44,054 bases of DNA from Gemmatimonadota bacterium (GTDB taxonomy: Bacteria; Gemmatimonadota; Gemmatimonadetes; Gemmatimonadales; GWC2-71-9). The notes under the pieces were generated by a model. It was given only the letters and a program-made list of their open reading frames with translations, did no database searches and was not told where the DNA came from. Shown piece after piece: positions 34,089 through 44,054 of the stretch; within the stretch, counting starts at the first letter, position 1; each line of letters begins with the position of its first letter. The DNA is taken from contig JAZDCY010000003.1 of NCBI GenBank assembly GCA_036679645.1, positions 1 to 44,054 of the forward strand. Direction: 5' to 3'. The position numbers and the translations under genes are program-made.

Positions 34089-34712
34089 CTAGCGGGGAAA
34101 GAGCTGTAGTTGGGTTACCGGAGCGAAGCTGCGGCGGTGATGGGGGGTCGGTCCGTTTGCGTCGATTGCCGCAAGATGGATCGCGGTAGCGTACCCCTTG
34201 TTGCTGTCCCAGCGGAATCCCGGATACCGCGCCCCCAATGCCCTCATGAGACGATCCCGTACGACCTTGGCGAGCACGGATGCCGCCGCTATCGAGAGCG
34301 ATCGATTGTCGCCACCCACGATCGCGTCGTGGCGGTATCCCAAATTGGGCATGGGATTGCCGTCTAGCAGGACGTGCTCGACGCGCACCCCAAGCCGCTT
34401 GATGGCGCGTCGCATGGCAAGACCGCTCGCGCGAAGGATGTTCATTCGATCGATCTCGCGCACGGATGCCGCCGCCACCGCCCAAACCAGCGCTTGCTCC
34501 CGAATGACGACGGCGGCCGCTTCCCGCTCGACCGCCGTCATCAACTTCGAATCTCTGATTCCCTTGATGTGCCGCTGCTCCGGGGGGAACACCACCGCCG
34601 CCGCCACTACCGGTCCGGCAAGCGGCCCCCTCCCGACCTCATCCACTCCCGCGACATAACGGCACCCCGCCGACCACAGCGCCCGCTCACGCCGCAGCGT
34701 GGGGCCGCGCAC
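34089..34712 (-). CDS. rnhB: Ribonuclease HII
   Basis: AGVDEVGRGPLAGPVVAAAV, DSK, DGN, SIAAASVLAKV.RD, NKGY, HRRSF. Confidence 0.96.
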   Translation of the reverse strand: MRGPTLRRERALWSAGCRYVAGVDEVGRGPLAGPVVAAAVVFPPEQRHIKGIRDSKLMTAVEREAAAVVIREQALVWAVAAASVREIDRMNILRASGLAMRRAIKRLGVRVEHVLLDGNPMPNLGYRHDAIVGGDNRSLSIAAASVLAKVVRDRLMRALGARYPGFRWDSNKGYATAIHLAAIDANGPTPHHRRSFAPVTQLQLFPR

Positions 34713-34714
34713 GG

Positions 34715-35062
34715 TCAGCGGTCGCGCTTCTCGCGAATGCGCGCCGCTTTGCCTGAGAGTTTGCGCAGATAGTACAGCTTTGCCCGGCGCACGCGCCCCC
34801 GGCGCACGACATCGATCGCGGCCAGGCTGGGTGAATGCAGTGGGAAAATCCGCTCTACCCCGATGCCCGCTGACACCTTCCGCACCGTAAAGGTCTCGCT
34901 GATGCCCGCTCCACGCCGCCCAATGCACGTCCCCTCGAACGCCTGCAGCCGCTCCTTGTCGCCCTCGCGGACGCGGACCTGGACCCGCACCGTATCGCCG
35001 GGAAAAAACTCCGGGAGGTCCGTTCGCAAGCCTTCACGCTGAATCGTGGCCAGTTTGCTCAT
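34715..35062 (-). CDS. rplS: 50S ribosomal protein L19
   Basis: [45 protein letters not shown]. Confidence 0.98.
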   Translation of the reverse strand: MSKLATIQREGLRTDLPEFFPGDTVRVQVRVREGDKERLQAFEGTCIGRRGAGISETFTVRKVSAGIGVERIFPLHSPSLAAIDVVRRGRVRRAKLYYLRKLSGKAARIREKRDR

Positions 35063-35075
35063 TGCTCCATCCTCG

Positions 35076-35780
35076 TCAAACGGTCCCATCGGACCGGTGT
35101 TCGTCTTGGTATCGCTTCCATAGATCCGGCCGCCGATTCCGCGTCGTCCGTTCCGCCTCGGCCTGCCGCCACGCCGCGATGCGGTGATGGTCGCCACTCA
35201 ACAATACATCCGGGACCGTGAGCCCGCGATACTCCGCGGGACGCGTGTAACTCGGCGCGCTGAGCAGCCCGTCGTAGTGCGAGTCGCCCGACGCCGACGC
35301 GTGATCGCCGAGCGCTCCTGGCAACAAGCGCACGACCGCGTCCATCACGCAGAGCGCAGCGAACTCCCCACCCGAGACCACGAAATCCCCAACGGACAAC
35401 TCCTCCGTGCCCGGCCGGTCAGCCACCCGCTGGTCGACGTCCTTGTAGTGGCCGCAGAGCAACGTCAACTCGCGCGACACGCTGAACCGCACCGCGTCCG
35501 CATGTGCAAAACACTTCCCCCGCGCCGACATCAACACGACCGGTCCTTCCGGCGCAAGCGCTTCCAATGCCTCGTAGAACGGCTCCGGTTTCATCACCAT
35601 CCCCGCCCCACCGCCGAACGGCGCGTCATCGACCGTCTGATGCCGATCGTGAGTGAACGCCCGCAGGTCCTGCACGTGGACGCTGATCAACTCGCGTTCA
35701 ACCGCGCGACCCATGATGCTGGTCTCGCAGGGCGCCCGGAACAACTCCGGAAAGATCGTCAGCACGTTGATCCGCAACAC
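35076..35780 (-). CDS. trmD: tRNA (guanine-N1)-methyltransferase
   Basis: [53 protein letters not shown]. Confidence 0.97.
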   Translation of the reverse strand: MLRINVLTIFPELFRAPCETSIMGRAVERELISVHVQDLRAFTHDRHQTVDDAPFGGGAGMVMKPEPFYEALEALAPEGPVVLMSARGKCFAHADAVRFSVSRELTLLCGHYKDVDQRVADRPGTEELSVGDFVVSGGEFAALCVMDAVVRLLPGALGDHASASGDSHYDGLLSAPSYTRPAEYRGLTVPDVLLSGDHHRIAAWRQAEAERTTRNRRPDLWKRYQDEHRSDGTV

Positions 35781-35783
35781 TAC

Positions 35784-36308
35784 CTACAACTCCAATAGGC
35801 CTGCCGGCGGATCGACTTCGATCGTGCGTCGCGCGCGATCCACCCGCACCAGAAACGGCGGACGGAAAGGAATGAGCACCTCGCGCCCATCCCGTTCGAC
35901 CGCCAGCACCTGCCCTCCTTGGACGGTCAGCAACTCTCGCGCAACACCGACGGTGTCACCGTGTGCCACCACGGTAGCGCCAGGAATCTCGTGCACGTAC
36001 ATCTGACCGTCAGCCGGCGGAGCCAACTCGTCCACCGGGACACCCAGCATGACGCCGACCAACGGATCAAGCCCCGTCCGGTCGGTGACGCCGGCGAACC
36101 TCACGAGCCACCGACGGTGGTACGCCCGCGCGCGTTCGATGGTGTACCCACGCCCCGTCGCCTCGCCCGATTCGTCGATTGGCGTGAGTACCCGGTCCGC
36201 CACGAACACCTCGTCCGGGTTGTCGGTGAGGACATACACGACCGCCTCACCTTTCAGGCCGTGCGGCTTGGCATACCGCGCGACCGCGAGGAACGGCGGT
36301 GTTGCCAC
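35784..36308 (-). CDS. rimM: Ribosome maturation factor RimM
   Basis: KPHGLKGE, LIPF, ends P.GLLEL; located between rpsP and trmD. Confidence 0.93.
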   Translation of the reverse strand: MATPPFLAVARYAKPHGLKGEAVVYVLTDNPDEVFVADRVLTPIDESGEATGRGYTIERARAYHRRWLVRFAGVTDRTGLDPLVGVMLGVPVDELAPPADGQMYVHEIPGATVVAHGDTVGVARELLTVQGGQVLAVERDGREVLIPFRPPFLVRVDRARRTIEVDPPAGLLEL

Positions 36309-36317
36309 CGCCGGCCC

Positions 36318-36707
36318 CTAGCCCTCTGCTTCTGGTGCCGGGTCTGCTTCGGGAGCGGCGGCCGCGTCAGCCCCGCTCTCGGGGTCTGGTACAGGGTCGG
36401 CCTCAGGAACGACGGCCTCGTCGGCCCCGGTCTCCGGCGTCGCGACCGCTGCCGGGGCCCCGCCACCGAACACACCCGCCTTCTTCAACAGCGACCGGAC
36501 GGTGTCCGACGGGGTGGCACCCTTGTCCAGCCACGCCCGGGCGCGGTCGGCGTCGACCTCGACCTGCGCCGGGTCGGTACGCGGCCGATAGTACCCCAAC
36601 GTCTCGATGAACCGTCCGTCGCGCGCCGCCGACCGCTCGGCCACGACGATGCGATACTCCGGTTGTTTCTTGCGCCCGACGCGCCGTAAACGAATCCGCG
36701 TTGCCAT
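36318..36707 (-). CDS. rpsP: 30S ribosomal protein S16 with acidic tail
   Basis: [41 protein letters not shown]. Confidence 0.98.
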   Translation of the reverse strand: MATRIRLRRVGRKKQPEYRIVVAERSAARDGRFIETLGYYRPRTDPAQVEVDADRARAWLDKGATPSDTVRSLLKKAGVFGGGAPAAVATPETGADEAVVPEADPVPDPESGADAAAAPEADPAPEAEG

Positions 36708-36725
36708 ATGTCTCCTGTTCTCCGA

Positions 36726-38090
36726 CTATCGCGGCAGGCCGAGCCTGCCCATGCCCTTCATCATCTGCTTCATCTGTTTGAACTGCTTCAGCAGCTGGTT
36801 GACTTCCTGCACCGTCCTGCCGGCACCGCGTGCTATCCGCAGCCGGCGCGATCCGTTCAGCAGATCCGGCCGTCGCCGCTCCGCGGGCGTCATCGACAGG
36901 ATGATCGCCTCCGTGTGCTTCAGCTTGCTAGGATCCGCCTGCGCCTTCTTCAACAGCTTGGGTGACATCCCGGGCAACATTCCCAACAACCCCTCGAGCG
37001 GTCCCATTTTCTGCACCTGGGACATCGCCTTGAGGAAGTCCTCGAGATCCATGCCCTTCTTAGACGCCACCTTGCGCGCAAGGCGCTCAGCCTCGTCGGC
37101 ATCGACCGCATCCTGCGCCCGCTCCACCAGACCGACCACGTCGCCCTGTTGCAGGATCCGACCCGCCATTCGCGCGGGATCGAACACGTCGAGCGCATCG
37201 ACCCCTTCTCCCACACCGACGTACTTGATGGGCGCGCCCGTGACCCCATAGATCGACAGCGCTGCACCACCCCGCGCGTCCCCGTCCAGCTTGGTCAGCA
37301 CTACACCGGTGATGCCGAGGGCCTCGTGGAACCCCTGCGCTATCCGTACGGCGTCCTGACCCGTCATTGCGTCGGCGACGAGCAGGATCTCGTGGGGCTG
37401 CACCGCCTTCTTGAGCGCCACGAGCTCGCGCATCAGCTCATCGTCGATCTGCAAGCGACCCGCGGTATCGACGATCACGGTGCGCGCGCGTGCCCTGGTC
37501 GCCGCGGCAATGCCGTCCCGCACGAGCGCCGGCACGTCGGGTTTGGCGGCCGGAGACGTCTCAGCGCTCCCGGTCCCCGGGTCCCCGTTTCCCACACCCC
37601 AATCCGTCTGCCCGTAGCACCCAACCGCCACCCGTTCAGCCAGCAGTCTCAGCTGCTCCTCGGCCGCCGGCCGGTACGGATCCGCCGCAACCAGGAACGG
37701 CGCCTTTTGCTCCTTTTTCAATCGCGCCGCGAGCTTTGCCGCCGTGGTCGTCTTTCCGGACCCTTGCAGTCCGACCAACAGGATCACGGTCGGCGGTACC
37801 GACGCAAACGCCAGCGGGGCACGTCGCTCCCCCAGCAAGACAACCAACTCGTCGTGCACGATCTTGACGAGGTGCTGTCCCGGGCTCACAGCCTTGATGG
37901 CGGTCACGCCGACGGCACGCTCGCGCACCCGCTCGATGAAGGTCCGGGTCAACTCGAAGCTGACGTCCGCCTCCAACAGGATCCGACGGATCTCCCGCAG
38001 TCCTTCGCGGACCGCGTCTTCCGTGAGGACCCCGCGCTTGGCCAGGTCCCGGATGGCGGCGGTCAGCCGCTCTGAGAGCGCCGAAAACAT
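36726..38090 (-). CDS. ffh: Signal recognition particle protein
   Basis: LLEADV, GLQGSGKTTT, DTAGRLQID, TKLDGDARGG, M domain SMTPAERR..SRRLRIARGAG. Confidence 0.97.
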   Translation of the reverse strand: MFSALSERLTAAIRDLAKRGVLTEDAVREGLREIRRILLEADVSFELTRTFIERVRERAVGVTAIKAVSPGQHLVKIVHDELVVLLGERRAPLAFASVPPTVILLVGLQGSGKTTTAAKLAARLKKEQKAPFLVAADPYRPAAEEQLRLLAERVAVGCYGQTDWGVGNGDPGTGSAETSPAAKPDVPALVRDGIAAATRARARTVIVDTAGRLQIDDELMRELVALKKAVQPHEILLVADAMTGQDAVRIAQGFHEALGITGVVLTKLDGDARGGAALSIYGVTGAPIKYVGVGEGVDALDVFDPARMAGRILQQGDVVGLVERAQDAVDADEAERLARKVASKKGMDLEDFLKAMSQVQKMGPLEGLLGMLPGMSPKLLKKAQADPSKLKHTEAIILSMTPAERRRPDLLNGSRRLRIARGAGRTVQEVNQLLKQFKQMKQMMKGMGRLGLPR

Positions 38091-38150
38091 AGAGCCTTAT
38101 AATGTAGGCGGTTGCGGCCCGGATACAAAGGGAGCATGCCTCCCAGTTCG

Positions 38151-38527
38151 CTATCGCCCTCCGGTCGGTGCGGCAATCTCCGCGTCGGTAGGGAACGCCA
38201 ACTCGCCCTCCGATCGGGCGATGAACGCGCTGGTGGAGAGATCACCCGTCGCGTTCACGGCGGTGCGGCACATGTCGAGAATCCGATCCACGCCGAGGAT
38301 CAACGCGATCCCGGTCTCGGGCACGTTCGCCTGCCGCAGCACGATCGCGAGCGTAATGATGCCCGCGCTCGGCACGCCCGCCGCGCCGACCGAGGCCAGC
38401 GTCGCCCTGGTAGAGGGCGGTCCCGTCCATGTTGATCGTAGCCCCCAAGGAACGGGGCCAACTTCATGATCCCGTGGATGATCGTCATCGATACGTGATT
38501 GACCGCGTCGAAGAACCCGATCAGCAC
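38151..38527 (-). pseudogene. Fragmented 3' copy of the dicarboxylate/amino acid:cation symporter gene
   Basis: Three fused out-of-frame pieces: VLIGFFDAVNHVSMTII.IMKLAPF | GATINMDGTALYQG | [24 protein letters not shown]; near-identical to parts of 40029-40632. Confidence 0.85.
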
Positions 38528-39165
38528 ACCCCGCCGCCGATCTTGGGAATGAACTGCCGCTTCGCCGGGCTCGGCCGATACGTGCCCGCGAGGAGCACCC
38601 CACGGATCGCTGGCCAATGTGCCCGCAAGTACCACGTCAGCTCATCCACCGTCATTCCGTCGATGCCCGGACTGCCCTTGTTACGCCGCTCCGCTCTGCT
38701 GCCGGGGCTTCACCCCAGCCATCCAGCGGCAGCTCCAGTTGCTCGTACTTCTGGTGCATGCCTTTCCACGGCTCACGGACGATGCGATCTCCTCGCGGTT
38801 CGGCCCTTCACCACGCAGGAGCGCCCACACGGCTACTACGGCCTCGGCTGACTTCTCGCTCCGGTGCGGCACCGTCGCCCTTTCAAGCGTAAGGCGAGAT
38901 CTCCCCAGGTAAGAACGGTGGCCTTCTCCGCGCAGCCGCCGGATTTACACCGCCTGAGCCTTGGTCGTGAGAGCTTCGCGGTTGCCTGCCCGCTAGCCCT
39001 GCTCGGCAGTGCCTCCTATCCGGTTTCTGTTCGTCGACTCGCGGATTCGCTCCCCGCTTCTTTCAGCAGTCCCCTCACGGTCACCACCTTGCGGTGCGCT
39101 TGGGTCGCGACGACCAACTCACCGGGGGACTTCCACCCCCAAGTCACCATCCATGCTGGGCACAC
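38528..39165 (-). mobile_element. 3'-truncated group II intron (class IIC-like) with a remnant of its reverse transcriptase ORF
   Basis: 5' end GTGTGCCCAGCATGG directly after a terminator; conserved ribozyme strings GTGTAAATCCGGCGG, CTTACCTGGGGAGATCTC, GAGAAGTCAGCCGAGGCCGTAGTA, GAAGGGCCGAAC; RT N-terminus NKGSPGIDGMTVDEL..HWPAIR..LLAGTYRPSP.KR..IPK.GGGV. Confidence 0.88.
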
Positions 39166-39201
39166 AAAGCAGAGAGCCCCCGGGATTGTTCCTGGGGGCC
39201 C
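39166..39201 (-). terminator. Intrinsic terminator of the lipoprotein gene and intron target site
   Basis: GGGCCCCCAGG-AACAAT-CCCGGGGGCTC-TCTGCTTT immediately before GTGTG. Confidence 0.75.
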
Positions 39202-39243
39202 GTGACGAAGATGTGGCCTCCGTCCGCGTCGGAAGCACGCAAC

Positions 39244-39732
39244 CTACGGATCGAGGACCGGCCGCCAGTCGAAGCGCCACTTGAGGGTCGCTGGGTCGAG
39301 CCAGAGACCCCCGACGATTTCCTCATTATCGATCATCGCTTGGCGTTCTGCCGCGGCCTCGGAATACAGATCGCACTGCGTGTTACCTTGATAACTACTG
39401 CCCGGCGGATTGTAGTTCGACGAGCAGGCCGAACTTGGGGCCGAAACGGAAGCATTGGGAGCCTCGATGCGGGCTGTCGGAGCGACCGCGTCGACTGACG
39501 AATCGAAGGTCCACTGGCCGTCCACAAGCGTCAACTCTGAGACGGTTCCGCCGGCATCGATGATATCATTCCGGGCCTGTGCCGCCGCGCTGTACAACTG
39601 GAAGTTCGCCGTAAACGGTGTCGGCGCGCTTTCAGTCGGCGGGGTCGATTGGCCGCAGGCCGACAACCCAACGACGCAGGCCACGATCGATGCGACACGC
39701 CACACCGAGGGCTTCCCTGCTCTGCAATGCAA
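39244..39732 (-). CDS. Hypothetical lipoprotein with two internal repeats
   Basis: RBS AGGAGG before TTG, lipobox LSAC, own terminator. Confidence 0.7.
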   Translation of the reverse strand: MHCRAGKPSVWRVASIVACVVGLSACGQSTPPTESAPTPFTANFQLYSAAAQARNDIIDAGGTVSELTLVDGQWTFDSSVDAVAPTARIEAPNASVSAPSSACSSNYNPPGSSYQGNTQCDLYSEAAAERQAMIDNEEIVGGLWLDPATLKWRFDWRPVLDP

Positions 39733-40028
39733 CGTGCTTTCCTCCTAACACGAGGGTACCTGGTCTTGCGGCCACAGGGGGGCCCGACTGACAGCAATCA
39801 TACCGCGTGGTATTCAAGCACGCTAGCGGCAAAACGCGACAGCGAGCTACCAAAATGCGACACGTTGGTTTCAACGGCAACGCGCACGGGCACTTGTGAC
39901 CGGTTGTCGTCTTTGTAGATCAGCGTGCGTCATATTTGCGACAACCCTGAACCGCGCCGTGCGAGTTCAGCCAAGAATGCTTGGTAGTGGGTCAAACTGA
40001 CCCACTACCCATACGTCCCCTGATGCTG

Positions 40029-41181
40029 TCAACCGCCGGTCACCGCGGCGACCTCCGCATCGGTCGGGAACGCCAACTCGCCCTCCGATCGGGCGATGAA
40101 CGCGCTGGTGGAGAGATCACCAGTCACGTTCACGGCGGTGCGGCACATGTCGAGAATCCGATCAACGCCGAGGATCAACGCGATCCCGGTCTCGGGCACG
40201 TTCGCCTGCCGCAGCACGATCGCGAGCGTAATGATGCCCGCGCTCGGCACGCCCGCCGCGCCGACCGAGGCCAGCGTCCCGCGTCGAGACACCGAGTTTC
40301 TCCTCGGCCGTCGCGATCGTCACCGGGAGCGTGGCGTTCGAGCTGGAGGTGGAGAAACCGAGTAACTGCACCTCGCGAATGCGCCTAAAGAAGTCCAACG
40401 GCCGGAGCCTCGCGAGAAACTTGACCGCCAGACCGTACGTAACGAACGCGTGGATCGCGAGACCCGCCACGACCGTCAGGGCATACACCGTGAGACTCTG
40501 CAGAATGCTGAGACCGAACCGTGCCGTGACCGCTGCAATCAGCGCGAATACGGCAAACGGGGCCAACTTCATGATCCAGTGGATGATCGTCATCGACACG
40601 TGATTGACCGCGTCGAAGAACCCGATCAGCACCTTCTTTTTCTCGTCGGCGAGCATCGAGGCCGCAGCCCCGAACACCAACGTGAACAGGATGAGGGGCA
40701 GCATGTCACCTTCCGCCGCGGCCGCAATTGGATTGCTGGGAATCATGTCGAGCAGGGTCTGCCCCATGTTCGGCGCCCCGCGCGCCAACTCGATGCGCCC
40801 CTCAGCATCCGCTGCGAACTCGGCCAACAACTCCTCGCGCGAGGCGTCCGACATCCCCGATCCCGGCCGCACGACGTTCGAGAGCACCAGTCCGATCGAC
40901 ACGGCGATCGCCGTCGTCGCCATGTAGTATGCGATGGTCTTTCCACCCATGCGCCCCAGTGTGCGCATGTCGCCCAGGCTGGCGGCACCGACCACGAGGC
41001 TCGCCACCACGAGCGGAATGACCACTGCCGTGATCGCGCGAATCCACGCGTCGCCAAACGGGCGCAGCCGCGCAACTCCATCCGCGATCGTCGAGTCCGT
41101 CGCACTGCCAATGATGTTGGCGCCTACGCCGACTATGGCGCCCGCGACCAACCCGATGGAGATTTGTGTGTGCAGTTTCAT
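40029..41181 (-). pseudogene. Dicarboxylate/amino acid:cation symporter (GltP/DctA family) with a frameshifting internal deletion
   Basis: Intact through FSTSSSNATLP..EEKLGVS, then jumps out of frame to [12 protein letters not shown] near 40282; the NMDGT helix is missing. Confidence 0.85.
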
Positions 41182-41237
41182 GGTACGCAGAGTTTAGAGG
41201 TCATGGATACCCGCCGCAACAGGAGGGTTTTCACGTA

Positions 41238-42800
41238 GTGCCAGATTCCATATGGGTGCAAGCGCTCGTCACCATCGGCTTTGGCGCAATAGCGGGCGGG
41301 CTAACCAACGCCGTGGCGATCTGGATGCTGTTTCATCCGCACGAGCGGCGCGGGATTGGGTGGTTCGGTATTCAGGGCGCGATTCCGAAGAACCGGCCCA
41401 GGCTGGCGAAAACCATCGGCCGGACGGTAGGTGAGCGTCTCCTGACACCGGAAGATCTCGCAGGGCAGTTCAGCTCGCCCGCGCTGCGGCAGGCGTTTGA
41501 CGAAACGGTGCACCGCTTCGTGGCCGATCTGCTGACCACAGAACGGGGGCCGATACGCGAAGAGGTACCGCAACCCCTGGTGGCGGAACTGGAGCGGATG
41601 GCTGCCGACCTCGGACCGCGGCTCGCCGAACGGCTCGCTGACTTCTCCGCCGCGGAGGCGTTCCAGGAGCCCGTCGAGCGGTTCCTGCGACGTACCGCCG
41701 ACTCAGTCGCCGAACTGCCGCTGGGTGATGTTCTCACCGAGGCGCGACGTGCGGCGCTGCGCGAGCGCGTCGCATCGTGGGTGACCCAGGGCTCGCAGAG
41801 CGCGGACCTCGAGAAGGCGGTCCGTGGCTGGCTAGACAGGCAGATCGTTCGGGGTGCATCCGACCAGACGCCGCTGCTCGATCGGCTTCCGCCCGGGCTC
41901 GTTGCGGCCGTCGAACGCGCGATCGCGGGCTACCTCCCGTTGGCGCTCGAGCGCCTGGCCGGCGTGCTGCGGAATCCTGACGCGCGCGGACGTATCGAGC
42001 ACGCACTGCACGAGCTGTTTCGTCGATTCGTCGAGGGGCTCATGCTGCACGAGCGCATCGTAGCCCGCCTGGTTGTCACCGAGCGCACGATAACGCGCGT
42101 GCTCGACAGCCTCGGCGAGGACGGAACGGCACAACTTGCCGCCATGCTGGATGAGCCGGCCATGCGTGAGCATGTGGCACGCAGCGTGAACGACGCGGTC
42201 GTGAGTTTCCTGCGCAGGCCGCTCGCCGAGCACATTTCCGCCCTGGGTCAGGAGCGCACGGAGGGCCTCGCCGAGGCGGCCACAGGGTATGTCCTGATGG
42301 TGCTGCGCGACGAGGCCACGCAGCATTACGCCATCGACCGGCTCGACCGCGCGCTCGAGTCGGCCGAGCAGCGGACGTGGGGCGATCTGCTGGCGCGCCT
42401 CGCGCCGGACCAGGCCGCGTCCTGGATCGCCGACGCGCTACAGACCGATCAGGTGAAGCAGTGGATTGCGGAAGGATGGACGGCCGGCCTCGCGGCCGTG
42501 CTCGACCGGCCTATTGGACGCCCAACCGATATCCTGGGTGACGACAGCGTCGATCGCATCACGGCGCACCTCTCTCCCGCCCTCTGGGAATGGACGCAGC
42601 GCCATGTCCCCTCGATGGTGGGGCAGCTCGACATAAGGACGATGGTCGAACAGAAGGTGCTCAGCTTCTCCCTCCACCGCATCGAGGAGATCGTGCGACG
42701 GACCACGCAACGGGAACTGGACGTGATCGTGCGTCTCGGGTTCGTACTGGGAGCCGTCGTGGGCGCCGCCGCGTTCGGTGTATCGATCCTGCTGCTTTAG
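41238..42800 (+). CDS. DUF445 family membrane protein
   Basis: GAIAGGLTNAVAIWMLFHP..QGAIPK..LAKTIG..LLT; C-terminal EL..IVRLG..LGAVVG; RBS AGGAGG. Confidence 0.9.
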   Translation: MPDSIWVQALVTIGFGAIAGGLTNAVAIWMLFHPHERRGIGWFGIQGAIPKNRPRLAKTIGRTVGERLLTPEDLAGQFSSPALRQAFDETVHRFVADLLTTERGPIREEVPQPLVAELERMAADLGPRLAERLADFSAAEAFQEPVERFLRRTADSVAELPLGDVLTEARRAALRERVASWVTQGSQSADLEKAVRGWLDRQIVRGASDQTPLLDRLPPGLVAAVERAIAGYLPLALERLAGVLRNPDARGRIEHALHELFRRFVEGLMLHERIVARLVVTERTITRVLDSLGEDGTAQLAAMLDEPAMREHVARSVNDAVVSFLRRPLAEHISALGQERTEGLAEAATGYVLMVLRDEATQHYAIDRLDRALESAEQRTWGDLLARLAPDQAASWIADALQTDQVKQWIAEGWTAGLAAVLDRPIGRPTDILGDDSVDRITAHLSPALWEWTQRHVPSMVGQLDIRTMVEQKVLSFSLHRIEEIVRRTTQRELDVIVRLGFVLGAVVGAAAFGVSILLL

Positions 42801-42830
42801 GTCGGTTGGAGCCGGCGTCCCGGCCTGGCG

Positions 42831-44036
42831 TCAACGCGATCGGATTGCCACTTCGGGGATATGGTCCCACCCGGGCCACTCGTCGGACGCATCGACCAGG
42901 CGAACAGCGGGCAGGTCCCCCACTACGGTCCGGTCCACCCGCGACCGGCGGCCGTCGCGCCCCATCCGATCCGCCCAGTAGCGATCGAGCATGGTCGCGA
43001 ACTTCTCCGCCGCACGCTCGGAGTCCCACACGGACCACCACACGAGGGCGTGAGCGGCCCCATCCTCGTAGATCGCGAACCGGTCCCCACCCCATCCCAG
43101 CGCACCCGCGGTGCCCATCGACTCGCTGCCTGTGAGTTCGTGCAGCACGATGCGCGTTTCGAACTCTCCCCACGTGTCCTCGTAGACGAGCGCCCCGCGA
43201 TCCGCCCCATGCTCCGCGAACCGGAGGTCCACCGGCGCATCGCCGGCCCTGAACTTCTCGGGGTGGAGGATCTGCTCCGTGGAGACCGGCATGCGTGGCC
43301 CGAAGGGGACCGTGTCGGGATAGGCGCTCTCGAACCAGCGCATGAAGTCCGCGCCGGCGAGATACGGAAAGACGAGCTCTTCCTGAATGACGAGCGGCGC
43401 TGCGGCGAACGCCGGCATGCGCTCCTGTTCGGTGCGGATGCTCTGCCGCAGGTCCCGCCAGAAGTTGGAGAGCCGCGCGAGCTGTTCGGGCGACAGGGTC
43501 GCCGCGAACGACGCCAACGTCGCCTGCCCCTCGAGTACCGCCTGGGCAGCGGACCGCCGGTCGTTATCGTTGCGCAGACGCAGGATGGAATCGAGCGGCG
43601 CGTATTGCCCCTGGAGCGCGTGCACCAGCTCGTGGGCCACGATTATGCGCAGGCCGAACGGATCGCTCCCCTCTACGACGTACATGGTGAGCGAGTCTGG
43701 GTCGTAGAACCCCACCACCTGCTCTCCCAGCACGCTCAGGAGCAGCGCGCGGACGTCGAGGGTATCCGACACCAGCCCAAAGACCCGATACGCCGTGACA
43801 ACCCTCTCGAGGATCTCTGGGGGGTAGTCCTGATCGAGTTTCGCGACCAGGTAGCCGTAGACGTGGTCCCGGTCGCGGACCGCCAAGAGGGGCGCGGTCT
43901 TGAACGTGAGCCCCACGGCCTCTTCGATACGCGGAATCACGTCTGCCGCAATACGGCGCATCTCGGCGTCCGTATCTCTTTGTGGCGACCGAGCGCAGGC
44001 GGTGAGCGCGGTGAGGAGGACGAGGAGGAATCGCAT
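42831..44036 (-). CDS. Putative zinc metallopeptidase lipoprotein (HExxH)
   Basis: Lipobox LTAC, VGFYDP, AHELVHALQ, A..EGQAT, FPY..G..F, P.STEQILHP, GWGGDR. Confidence 0.8.
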   Translation of the reverse strand: MRFLLVLLTALTACARSPQRDTDAEMRRIAADVIPRIEEAVGLTFKTAPLLAVRDRDHVYGYLVAKLDQDYPPEILERVVTAYRVFGLVSDTLDVRALLLSVLGEQVVGFYDPDSLTMYVVEGSDPFGLRIIVAHELVHALQGQYAPLDSILRLRNDNDRRSAAQAVLEGQATLASFAATLSPEQLARLSNFWRDLRQSIRTEQERMPAFAAAPLVIQEELVFPYLAGADFMRWFESAYPDTVPFGPRMPVSTEQILHPEKFRAGDAPVDLRFAEHGADRGALVYEDTWGEFETRIVLHELTGSESMGTAGALGWGGDRFAIYEDGAAHALVWWSVWDSERAAEKFATMLDRYWADRMGRDGRRSRVDRTVVGDLPAVRLVDASDEWPGWDHIPEVAIRSR

Positions 44037-44054
44037 GGGGGGATTATAGACGCA

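Noticed and set aside
38528..38760. Retron or diversity-generating retroelement RT acting on the kinase or symporter repeats
   Set aside because: The fragment sits inside a group II intron ribozyme and lacks the catalytic domains; I saw no adenine-specific mismatch pattern between the repeats.

Overview
GC-rich bacterial chromosomal window, probably Gemmatimonadota (inferred from gene families, not tested). Left to right: (1) a DUF4876 / TonB-dependent receptor / beta-barrel locus enclosing a small secreted Cys-rich peptide and a CxxC thioredoxin-like gene; (2) holB-moaC-SLT and a convergent mltD-like operon; (3) an operon of TIGR04282/TIGR04283-type glycosyltransferases, DUF547, TVP38 and a flavoprotein disulfide reductase; (4) two type IV minor-pilin operons, each preceded by a sigma54-type promoter and a c-di-GMP-I (GEMM-I) riboswitch, one carrying U instead of C at the ligand-pairing position; (5) an array of receptor Ser/Thr kinase / beta-propeller genes directly downstream of tRNA-Lys(UUU), with a duplicated 137-bp leader that truncates one kinase; (6) a Lys-rich SWIB protein and the ffh-rpsP-rimM-trmD-rplS-rnhB cluster; (7) two complementarily deleted gltP-like copies flanking an orphan lipoprotein and a truncated group IIC intron; (8) DUF445 and a HExxH lipoprotein. 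The best candidates for undescribed systems are the twin riboswitch-gated pilin cassettes, the tRNA-anchored kinase array and the peptide/TBDR locus. All family calls come from motif recognition by eye; no searches were run.
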